A stretch of 64,000 bases of DNA, taken from the NCBI GenBank assembly GCA_012295275.1, contig CM022667.1:3844001-3908000 (forward strand), read 5' to 3'. The notes beneath the pieces are model-generated. The model was not told the DNA's origin. It saw only the letters and a program-made list of their open reading frames with translations, and ran no database searches. Within the stretch, counting starts at the first letter, position 1. Every line of letters starts with the position of its first letter. This stretch comes from Chrysomallon squamiferum. Taxonomy: Eukaryota; Animalia; Mollusca. Below are positions 1-12,475 of this stretch, one piece after another. Both the position numbers and the translations under genes were made by a program.

Positions 1-94
1 CACATTTACAAAACATTTTTATCTCTGTTATGGGGTTTTCTGAATTATCTCTTTTTCTTTTTTTTTATATTTCTTATTTTTACATCTTTTATTA

Positions 95-123
95 AATAAT
101 TTATTATTATTATTAATGTTATT

Positions 124-154
<31 letters not shown>

Positions 155-167
155 TTGTTATTGTTAC

Positions 168-201
<34 letters not shown>

Positions 202-262
202 GTTTTTATTATTACTATTATTATTATTACTTTATTATTATTATTACTATTATTATTATTAC

Positions 263-328
<66 letters not shown>

Positions 329-330
329 TA
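95..330. repeat. (TTA)n microsatellite
   Basis: Direct inspection. Confidence 0.95.
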
Positions 331-1152
331 TATCTGGTTCTCATTTATCATGATTTATTTATTATATTTCCAAAATTTAAATGTCACATTATTTTATCAT
401 GACAATTATACTAAGCTACTAATTTGTCTTTTCCACATTTTTTTTTTAAACCCTAACAAAAATTACTGACCAAGTGAGGGCAAAAAGGCTTATGGGGAGA
501 TCATTCTAAATCATAACCATTTTTCTTTTCTTTTTTTTTTTTTTTTTTTTTTTCTAAAACAGCCAACAGTTTAAAACCTATACATTATCAGCAAGGACAA
601 ATTTTTTTCCCCTGATAATGATTACTAATTTCTTATCTGTCCAACACACACCTGCTTTTCAACTGCACTGAGGGTTGTTTTAATCCACACACACCCATAA
701 ATTAACAGATTTACTTTAGAATTTGCTTTTTAATTCCCGGCTAGTGAGCACCTTCTGTCACACTGAATGTAGAAAATGTTAAGAACCTTTTATCATGGCT
801 GACCATGTGTTTGTGATTCTTCGTATTACTTTCTAATCAACTAATGTCAGTTTAGCCAAACCATTTTTTTTTTTTTTTTTTTTTTTAATTAGTGGGCCTA
901 TGATAATTTTGGTTTCAAAGGTTAATTCTTTCCATATTGGAGGCATTTGTTAGAAAAGATTGTAATATTATGGTTTCAGACAAATAGTTGTTAAGAGTCA
1001 GACGTATTTCACAATGGGTGTAGTTGGTAAATTTTGTCCTTGTACTGAAAAGATAATATTATTTCACTTATTAATAATGAAGGAAAAAAAATTAAATTTT
1101 TAAAATTATTATTATTGTTGTTGTGTTGTTGTTATTATCATTCTAATTTATT

Positions 1153-1185
<33 letters not shown>

Positions 1186-1537
1186 TATGATTTAACAATA
1201 TATGAAGTTATATATAAGTACTGACTTGAAAGATATCCTTTTAATATGACACATTATTGTGTAATAAATAAAACTGATAAATGCTGCCTTTTGCTTGATA
1301 GTTATCATGTTTTTAGTGGGTAATTATTTTTGTGTGTGCATGTGTTTTGTGTGTGTTTTAATTTATTACTATTATATTACTTTTAATTGTAAATAAAATT
1401 AACCACTGACACAACATACATGTTTTACAAACATTTACTGCTGTCTTGCATTTCAACATTCACGATCAAAGTCATTCTGATGTTTGTTATCAGTTGTTGG
1501 TATATTGAGGTTTATCTTTATTTATAATTTTTTTTAA

Positions 1538-1595
<58 letters not shown>

Positions 1596-3378
1596 GTATT
1601 TTTTTGTAGTGTAGGTTTTATATTTTAATCAAAGTTTATTTGAAGGAAAGCCTTAATTTCTCAGTAAACTGTTAATTTTTAGTGAAGTTCATGTATGCCT
1701 TTCATGATCAAAATCATTCTGAGATTTATTATCAGCTGATGCTATATTGAGGTTTATCTTATTTGTGGTATTTTATATTTTAAAGTTTTTTTTAAAAAGA
1801 ATTCATTTCTCAATATCTATTAATTTTCTGAAAAAAAGTCATGTATTATTTCATTATCAAAATTATTATATTTGTTATCACAAGATGATTAATGTTTTCT
1901 TATATGTTATTTTTAAATTTATGTTATTTTTTTTTGTCATTTTAGTTTCACAAAAGAGATAGAGAACAAAACATCAGCATTGCCATTTTAAAGTAAGTTT
2001 TTTAGTTTTTGGTGTTATCTTCTGTCACTAGAATGAATTTTGCTGGTTTTTATTTCAAATTATTATTTTTTTAATTGTTTGTTTAGTTTTTATTGTATAT
2101 TAGTATACTTTCTTAAAATTCCTATTCATCTTATTTTTTTTTTTTTTTTAATTATTTGGTTTATTAACTTATCGATTGAATTTTTCTTTATAATTTATTT
2201 TATATTTTGATCTGAACGTTATTTATTTATTATTGTATTATTTTTGTTTATTTTATTTTTATTTATTTAAATTTTGTTTTATTTATTTCTTTATTTATTT
2301 TTTTATTTTTATTTATTTATTTATTTATTTTTTCATTTTTCTTTTTATTTATTTATTTCTTTATTTTTTTTTTTTTTTATTTATTTATTTATTTTAGTAC
2401 TTATATTATATTATTTTGTCTATTGATTGATTTTATTTAATACTATTCATTTAATTTTTAATGATTTACTTTTCACACACACACACACGCACGCACACAG
2501 ATACATAAAAATTAGCAAGAAAAACCGAGGCATGCATCCATAAACATGTTTTCCCCTACATTTTTCAAACACTGATATTTACAAAAACAAACTGTCGCCC
2601 TATAAAAATAAAGCTTTATTCCACATGTTTACAATTTAACTACACAACATAAACTCAAGATGTTTCCAGGAGTTGTGAAGCTAATTATAAATATAAATGT
2701 TAGCCAGCTGCGTCACCCAAGTGTCATGTGACATATGATCTTGACACCAGCTTCACTCACAACATTGGCATTATGCCATCAAGGTTAACATTGCTCAGTT
2801 GTCCATCTGGCGCTAATCGATTGCATTGTTAATCGAAGTTTTAATTTTTGTAGATTAAAAAATAATAATAAAAAATTTAAAGTATTATTTTGTAGGTTTA
2901 GTTAATTTAACGGAAAACATTTCTCTGTAGATGTTCTGTAATAATTTGGTTATTTTGAAGTAAATTTTTTTTGTCATCATTGTTATTTTGTCATGGTTAC
3001 AGTAGTTGTCGTTATTGTTATCATTCTTATTGTTAATATTATTTCTATTTATTATAATTTATAAATAGTTAGTGTTTTATTTAAATATTTAGTTTTTATT
3101 TAAATAATAAAATATAATAAATTATTTTCTCCATTTTACATTATATACAGTCTCCATTTATATGGAAAATTGAAATAACAGATTTCAATATTATTTCTAT
3201 TTATATGGGAAGGTGAGAGTCAGTTTGTACATATATATACATATATTTATTTTAATTATTTAATTATTTATTTGTTTATGTTTAAATAGAAAACTAAAGT
3301 TTGTATAAAAAATATTCATGTTGCAGAAAAAAATGATTTTATGATCAGTGAAAATGTTAAAATACTTTCTTTATATAT

Positions 3379-3882
3379 CTGTGGTACCTTGACTCACGAG
3401 TGCCCCAACTTACGAGTTTTTTGAGTTACGAGCACTTGCTCAGTTTTGATATTTTGCTTTGAGTTGCAAGCAAAAATCCAAGTTATGAGTGACTTTCAGA
3501 CATGCCACTGCTAGTTGGCACAACGAACAACATAATATCTGGCCAGCATCCCGCATCTCACTCATGGTTACCTTGCTGTGGAAGCATCTCTTGTGTTGTG
3601 CTTGCATTTTGTGCAGTATTTTGCCAAATTTCTTTTTTCTAACTATGGATCCTAAGAAAGTGAGTGCAAAGGACAGTGTGCAGAAGAAGAAGTAGATGAT
3701 GTCCATTAAATTAAAGCATGAAATCATAGAAAAACATGAACAAGGTGTGCATGGCTAGGCAGTACAATGGATTAATAGTATTTCAATTAATTTCATTTGG
3801 GAAAATTGATTTGATATATCAGCAAATTGAGATCTGAGCTCTGTCACTAAATGAATTAAACTCGTAAGTCAATGTACCACTG
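3379..3882 (+). mobile_element. Internally deleted Tigger/pogo-type DNA transposon with transposase N-terminal remnant
   Basis: 22-bp TIRs (ctgtggtaccttgactcacgag / ctcgtaagtcaatgtaccactg, 3 mismatches) in TA-rich flanks; from 3645 it reads MDPKKVSAKDSVQKKK*MMSIKLKHEIIEKHEQGV then a frameshift to ARQY, a CENP-B/psq-type HTH start. Confidence 0.85.
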
Positions 3883-4699
3883 TATATATATATATATATA
3901 TATTAATTAAAATGTGGTAGCTTATTTGTATATTGTTCATATTTATATAGAAAAAGAAAGTTTTTCAGATGTGAATATTTTTCATGTTGCAGAAAAAGAT
4001 ACTAGTTTTTTACTCAGTGAAAATGTTCTACCTATTTGTTATATCATATCAGAAACAGCAAAAAGAACTGTTAATGGTTTTGCAAGTTCCATGTGGTATA
4101 TTTAATGTGATACTGATTTCTTTGTTAGACATATTTCACAACAAAACATGACAGTACATACCGGATAATGTAGTGTTCATAGAAAAACCACTGATGATAC
4201 ATTTACTTTTATCATTTATCTTTTTCTTTTCTTTGTTAAATTTCTTTCTTTATTTATTTATTTATATAACATTGTTAAAGTTGTTATTTAAAAGATTTAT
4301 TCTATGCAGTCTATTAGTCTATATATAAAAATATATATTAAGTCAGATGCTCTTAACAGAAAGGTGGAAACAACATGTGTCACAGATTTCTAATCAACAA
4401 GTTTGTTAAACTGTGTCACTGCTGACTCATTTCCAAAAGTTCATAATATATAGATTACAAAATAAAACACAGGAATTTCTGAGTAAACAGCCTCTGTTTA
4501 CAGACATAAGTACACATATACTCACAGAGAAATACACACAGACACACAAACACACATTGACAGATACAAAAGAACAATGCATCCCCCATACACTAAACAT
4601 ATATAAAGTGTATAAAACATACAGAACTAGATTAAAATTTGAAATCAAAACATACATATACTACTGTAAACAAAAACACACTAAGTACATAAACACATA

Positions 4700-5070
4700 T
4701 CCATAATCCCAAAGTTACTAGACATAGATACACAGATATAGAATACACAGCTAGACACAGATGTACACCCACAAAAAATAACACAGATACATACAAACAC
4801 AAAATCTCAGATATACAAAAGCACAAAATACATTGACATAAACACAAAATACACAGATACACTGACGTAACAGATACACACACAAACACAAAATACAATG
4901 ATACACACAAACACAAAATCACAGGTATAAACAAACACAAACACACAGATATAAACACAAAATAAACAGATAAACACAAACACAAAATTAACAGATACAC
5001 AAAATACACAGACACACACAAATAAAAAACACACCATACTTACAAACATAAAATACACAGACACACACAA
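4700..5070. repeat. Degenerate AC-rich low-complexity repeat (acacaaaatacacag-like)
   Basis: Direct inspection. Confidence 0.8.
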
Positions 5071-5479
5071 ACAACAAAATATCTGTTTTTTGTCAGTTAG
5101 ACACTTCTCAAATCCCCTGGGTCAGGATGCAAAATGGCTGCATGATAAACTTTTGAGTGCCAGTAGATAATTTGCTTGATAATGTTCATGGGTTGAAAAA
5201 GATTGGTGATCCTTAAAGTTTCAAGACAGGAAAGAAATTTTACTTTTAACTGAAAAGATTTGCTGAATTTTTCTATTAACATGTATGTAGGAAATAGATC
5301 TACATGGTATTTTAAAATAAACTATTAAAATTGTTAAAAATTGGTTGTAATGTTAATTGTTATCATTACCTAGTTCTGACATTGATTTATACTAATATAA
5401 TTCTGACAGTGATGCACAGAGATGCATAATAAACAATATTATAATATTGAGTTCTATGTAGAAGTACAGCATTAACACA

Positions 5480-5700
5480 ATTCTGATATAGAATTACTGT
5501 ATTAAATTTTTGATATAGAATTACTGTATTAAATTTTTGATATAAATGTTCTGTATTAAAATTCTGATATAAATATACTGTATTAAAATTCTGATATAAC
5601 CATACAGTATTAACATTCTGATTTGTTAATGGTCTTATTGCAGATGTACTATAAGAGTATGATATTAAAATCCTAACATAGGTGTATGGTATTAATGTAT
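5480..5700. repeat. About 27-28 bp minisatellite (ttctgatatagaattactgtattaaa)
   Basis: Five or more degenerate tandem copies. Confidence 0.8.
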
Positions 5701-6187
5701 ATTAACAGGTCGTAAAAAGAAACAGGTGCTATGGCAATCAGCTGTTATCTGCTGTAATTAACTAAATGTAACTGTTAATTGGCTTCATCAGCCTGGCTAT
5801 TGTTAATGATATGGCACCTGTTGTCTACAGGCTGCAGTGATTCCCTGATAAATAAATTTGTCAGGTCCCACATTTGAATGTGGGAAAACTTAAACTACTA
5901 AATAAAATGTTTTTGTAATGTCCACGTTGTAGATTTTGTAAAATAAACATTTGTTTTCTTTTTTAAAGTGACTAAGATATATCCATTATTGATGTGATAA
6001 TAGAGGCATCTTAAATATATATTTTCTGTCCAACAGATCATTCATCCATCCATCCATCCATCCATCCATCCATCCATCCATCTATCCATCTCTCCACCTA
6101 ATTAACCAATCCTTTATATCCGTTATTGGGTTTTCAGTGAGTTACAGATTTCCTCAAACTATATTCAGGCATAATTAAAGGCACTCA

Positions 6188-6390
6188 AGACACTGAAATA
6201 GGACATTCACACAATTACACAAATATACACACACAGGACACAGATTATAGGACATTCACACAGGATACAGATGTACTGTTAGACACAGATATAGGACATT
6301 CAAACGGGATACAGATGTAGTGTTAGACACTGATATAGGACATTCAAACAGGACACACATCTAGGACACAACCTGTACTGTCTGACACAA
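6188..6390. repeat. About 45 bp minisatellite (gacacagatataggacattca...gatacagatgt)
   Basis: Four to five degenerate copies. Confidence 0.75.
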
Positions 6391-6699
6391 ATGAACATAT
6401 GAGATTTTTTCTTTGAATATCACGTTTGCCTGAGTGTAGGTTTGCACATATTTATTATGGGAAAACAACAGAAGCTGGACGTATGGACAATTCCCACATC
6501 TAAGAAACTGTGTTATATAATACTGCAGTTGCTATATTTCATATAATTGTTACAGACCACACTAATATACTTTAATTTGTTTTGGCAGTTATAATGGAAA
6601 AAAGCTTGAATACTGCACACTTTCTTTTTATTATAATTATTTAAAAAAAAAAAAAAAATTGTAATAGATTTTTTTTACAGCTCCCTAAATAATTTAGGC

Positions 6700-6770
6700 T
6701 AGAGCTAGTACTGGGATGTGATCCTCATACATACCAGCTATCAGGCCAGTAGTTTTTCCATAACATCTGT
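6700..6770 (-). mobile_element. Possible decayed tRNA-derived SINE head
   Basis: - strand ggatcacatcccagtac resembles a CpG-decayed B-box (GGTTCG.ATCCC); short and degenerate. Confidence 0.25.
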
Positions 6771-6949
6771 CCAGCTGTAGAGTTTTCTAATTCTGAACTT
6801 TGTAAAGTAATGGAGTTCAGTGTATGTGATGATGCAGTATGTGTGTAATTTGGTGTCTTGTTATCTGTGTGTTATAACAACTGACAGTAGGTGTGACATA
6901 CACACAGAAACACAGACACCTGACCTAGCAAGTAGCAAAATCTGGAATG

Positions 6950-7640
6950 AAATTAAAAATGCTTCTAGGTAAGTTTTAATTTTTATTTAATTTTGATATG
7001 AAATTGTTTATATATATATTATTATCTTTTTTTTTTTTTTTTTTTTTAAATGAACAAATAGTCTAAAGAAATTCTTCATTCTTCCATGTTTTGCTTTATT
7101 TGTTTTTTGCTGTCCAAAAAAAATGAAGGTAATTTTTATTTTTCTATATATATATTATTATTATTATTATTTATTTATTTTTCTTGTGAACAAATGGTCT
7201 AAACAAATTCTTCATTCTTCCATGTTATGCTTTATTTGTTTTTTGCTGTCCAATTAAAAATGCTTCTAGGTAAGTTTTTATTTTTCTATATATATATTAT
7301 TATTATTATTATTTATTTATTTTTCTTGTGAACAAATGGTCTAAACAAATTCTTCATTCTTCCATGTTATGCTTTATTTGTTTTTTGCTGACCAATCTTA
7401 ACTAATAATGAAGTATAACAGTAAAAGAATACAGTTTTAAAAATATTTGAGACTGCTATGTTTTTTATGAAAAAATAGTCCAAAACAGATTCTGCAGATT
7501 TGCAAGTTGCATTTATTAAACTGCTGTCCAATATTAACTAATAATAACGTATAAAAGGAAAAGAATACAGCTGGAAAAAAACTTTGTTGTAATTTGTTTA
7601 TGCTGTCCAATCTTTACTACTAATAATGTTTAACAACAAA
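6950..7640. repeat. Tandem duplication of a roughly 135-165 bp unit (three clear copies, then degenerate ones)
   Basis: aattcttcattcttccatgtt.tgctttatttgttttttgctg occurs three times. Confidence 0.9.
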
Positions 7641-10600
7641 AGAGTACAGTTTAACGATATCTGGGTGTTGCTATGTTTTTGCAGTCCTAGTTTTAGAGAA
7701 CAGATCTATCCGGCATAAAATTATTCTAACTGCATTCAGTTCCCTGTTATTAAAAACAGCATAACAAACTAACAAAAAAAAAAAAAAAAAGTATAAATAA
7801 TCCAGATCATGAGAAAAGAAACTTTATCAACACATTAGGTACTCTTTTAGAAGTCCTGGTTTATAACTTGATTAATAGACTGATTTGAGGCATTTTTTTA
7901 ATATATGCATAAACATCTGCTGTGATAGATTTATGTGAACACTGTATATATAAAGTGTTTATCAATATAGAGCTCTTTTTGAAAACAGTTTTCAACCTGG
8001 TGTTATGTAAGTAATTTATTTATGTTATAGTACATCACTTTTTTTATTTTTTTTAATACACTTAGGTTCTTTGGAAAACAAACACGTACATATAAAAAAT
8101 ATATTCATATTTTTAAGGGTTTATTATTCTGATAGAAATAGAAATGATGTACACAGAAATATATATTTTAAACACTTTATATAAAATAGCCACAAAAATA
8201 AATAAATAAATAGAAAATTGTTATTTTCTTTTCTTCTTGTGAAAGACTTTTGTTACTACTATTATTAATATTATTAATATTTAGAAAATGTAAAGATTAT
8301 TTTTTCATAGAAACATATTAAAAATGGTAATATTTTATATTAATTCAAAAAGACAATTAATCATTTAGTTGCTTTAATGAAGATGTTTTTAAATTATTTA
8401 ATATTAATACATTAAAAAAACATTTTTGTTCTGTTTTCTGAAAATACAATTAACTCATAATAAAAGTATCAATCATTAATAAAAAAAATACTTTTTTTTC
8501 TTTCTTAATTTTTTTCTATTATTATTATTATTATTTTTTTTTTTGGCTTGTTTTTAATGAAGATGTTAATATTTACTTTAAAAGTGTAAAACCACTTCAA
8601 TTTTAATATAATTTTTTTTCATTCTATGAGAAATAGCATATTGCTGTATTGATCTATATTAATTGTTTTTGATGATGTTGTCATCATCTCATGTTATTAA
8701 TCATTGGCCATCAAAACTCATTGAGAAATTGTCCACATGTCTGTAATATATGTTCAATTTATTGAATTCTGGTTTTCTTTGTGTGTTTGTGTGTGTGTGT
8801 GTTGTGTGTGTGAATATATATGTGTGTGTATGTATTTAGACGTGTATGTTTGTGTATATGTATGCATACATATATATATGTAAATTCACATATGTGTTTA
8901 TATATCTATTTTTATCTATCTATCTATATATTTTAGAAAGAAACATGTATATATATCTTTCTAAAATTTCATTTGTCTTGAACTTTAATTATTATATTTA
9001 TTATCTGCCATTTCAGTCTGCTTTATTATTTGAAAAACAACAAGCAACTGTCACCTCTGTGTTTACCTAACCTTGAAGATATCTTTTAATATAAACCATT
9101 TATACATCTGTTTTAATAAAAAAAATACACTTCATTTAATATATAACATTTACAACATTAATTTTGTTTTAATATGAAATACAGAATCTGTATTATATAT
9201 CTAAAAATAATAATAGGTTTAAATTTTATATTGTTTCATTCTATCTTGTCTGTCTACATGTCTGTCTGTACACATACAAACAAATATATAAATACATAGA
9301 GAATATACATACACATGTACATAAACTGATCAACCCAAATGCAGACACATTATTATTATTATTATTTTAATATTATTATTATTTAAATTTTTATTATTAT
9401 TATTTTCTTTTTTCTTTTTTTATATATATTATTACTATTTTTTATAATTTTTATTGTATTACTATTTATTATTATTATTATTATGATTATTATTATTATT
9501 ATCTTGTGTTTAATTGTGTTTTACTGTTTTCTGTTAAATCCTTCATGGAAAAAAAATAAAAATAAAAAAAAAATGAAAGAAAATATGTCCCAGATGATTT
9601 GTGATTATCCCTGTATCAGTGTTTATCACAGAGAATGTCAGAAACAATTTTCATTTATTTCAACTTCAAACTTTCCCATTTTTCTGCACTTCCTCAACAA
9701 AGAGCCAAACCGCGTAACTCTAATTCCATTTCTGTCTGTGGTTTCCTCCACAGATACCAGAGCTCCCAAGCACACCAGTGGCTGGAGCAAACAGACATAT
9801 GGTACCAGTTAGCATTTTCTGTGAAACTTTTTTTTTTTTTTTTTTTTTATTGGATTCAGACTTAAGGTAGAAATATATTTATGTATTCAAAAAGCAGTGA
9901 GTTTTGTCAATAGTTGTTAGCTGAAGAGGAAAATCTCTATATCTGCAGCATGTTACAGGTTTGCCAAATGAAAAACATGTGTTCTGGTGCCACTATGTCT
10001 AGCACAAACCTGGCACCCAGATTCGGTTTCATATCTCAGGTCTGTTTTACCTCCTGCAAGTCAGGGGGAGATCTGGAGGGGAGGTTAGGTGGGTGGAAAA
10101 CAGTTCTTGTTTATGTATTTTATGTTCTGTGGTAATTGCTGAAGTTGATGGTAGAGAAGAAATATATGTATGTGAATGTTTTTCAACATAGATCTTCATT
10201 TAATACAGTTGCAGGGTTTTTTTTCTCAGTAATTACATATACATTACATAGGTACATGCATATCAAACATTCATACACACACACACACACACATACACAC
10301 ATGCACACACATACATAGGCATGCATGTATACATGCATACATACATATGTTGTGTGCATGTGTGTGCAGAGGTGAGTTTGTATTTATACATATTTAAAAG
10401 TTTAGATATATGTGTTTGTGGGGGTGTGTGTTTGTACATACAGAAACATATACATACACTCATGCATACATGAAAATATGCATAGATATTTATATACAAA
10501 CTTATCCACTTAGACACACATATACATACATATATACAAACATAAAGACACATATATGCATACATTCAGAACACACACACACACACACACTCATACACAG

Positions 10601-12441
10601 ACAGACACACACACATAGACACACACACACACAAAACTACAGCCACTAGTTGTAGCAAGTAACATGCTAGAAGACTGCTAATGAGGACTGATCCCATGTA
10701 ATCTCAGTTCCAGAGTAGAACTGTATCACAGAGTTAATAACAGATTACAAAGGAATGTAACTCTGGTGTTTAGAATAGTTTTGTGACAGTCAATGTGTCA
10801 AATTAACATTACTCTGGGTTTTTCTTTCCTCACTTTCCACTGACAATGGTTTGTAATGTTCATACCTATATCTGTTTGTTTTGTTTGTTTTTTCTCTTAT
10901 TCTCTTGTCTACATATCTCTGTCAGTATTATTTATATCTGCCTGCCTGTCTGTCTGTACGAGACTGATTGTGCGTGTTTCTGTCTCTCTCTCACTCTCTC
11001 TCATATATATATATATATATATGGTGTTATATATATATATATATTATTATTTTGTTTCTGGCCACTTATTTATTCTTTCTTTTTCAGACGTTTGGTGTGT
11101 CTGTGTTTGTGTATAGTTATGTATATCATTGTCTGTCTCTGTCATTGTTTTTTTCCTCCATTTTTTTTATCTGACTTTATCCTTTTTCATGTTCCAAACT
11201 CCGTCATCCCATTAATGTTATTCTCACTTTTATTTTATTTTAGTTCCCTTTCATTTCTCATTATTCTTTTTCTCTGTCAGACTTCATCTCTTTATCTTAT
11301 ACACCACATGTTATCTTTATTTTTATTTCATACTTTTTTATGTTTTACACATATTATCTTTATTTTTATTTCATACTCACTTTATTTCCATTTCTTTACC
11401 TCATTTCAGTTACTTTTTCTCCATTTGAAACTCTCAGTCTTTTGTTTTATTTCATTCTTCCTGTCAATCATTTTCTTTCCTTCCTTCTTTCTGTCTTTCA
11501 CTCCTTGCTTTCCTTCTCTCTTTAACTCTCTTTCTACCCCCTTACTTTCTCTTTCTATCTCTGTTTCTCTTCTTCCCATCCTTTTTGTCTCTTCTGCATT
11601 TCTCTCACTATCTCTGTCTATCTCTATGTATCTATCTATCTTTCTATTTCTTCTACTACTACTATAACATATGCTGAAGCTGAGAGAGAGAGAGAGAGCT
11701 GATAGTTTAAACAGAGATGAAAGATGAAGCATTGGGTGCCTGATGTCATGAACATATGAAAAAAAAGGAGAAGCCAAAAAAAAAAAAAAAAATCCGATTC
11801 CATGTGCTAAAATCTACATTGGCCAGACAGGCAGGCGCCCAGTGACTTGAAAAACCATTTCAAAAATGGTTTACAATTTGTGCAGATGTTTTTGCAGAGA
11901 TAGTGTGTAGAATCAGCTTGCTCCTTCTCTCACTCATTTGAACAGTTTTGGAGAAGATTTTTATTCTTTGCACAGCTTAAGTCTTCCTCTGTTGTGATAC
12001 CTACTCTCGTTACTGGAGAGCAAATGTATAACACACACACACAGACGCACACACACACACACACACACACACATGGTTCTTCTCATTGTTATGTTAATCA
12101 GAACAAGAGAACAGAGCTAATAAAAGATTGTAAATATGTTGTTGTTGGAAGTGTTAAATTGATAACAGCGTGGTGATTCTTAGAGGTTTCTTTTTCCTTT
12201 TTTTTCTCTGTTGTGTTTTTGTTTGTAAGTGTTAGAAAAGTAATAAATGTTTTAGTTTGGTACGTGGTGCTCGATGTTTCTTTTGAATTGTAAGGACAGT
12301 GCTAGTAGCAGCACTTACTTTAAGTTATTATAATAGAAAATTGTTTATGTATGAGATAGAGTTTACAAAACATCTGTGGAATTCAGAAAAAGAAAGAGGT
12401 AGATAGGTAAAGAAAGAGAGAGAGAAAGAGATACAGTGAAG

Positions 12442-12475
<34 letters not shown>

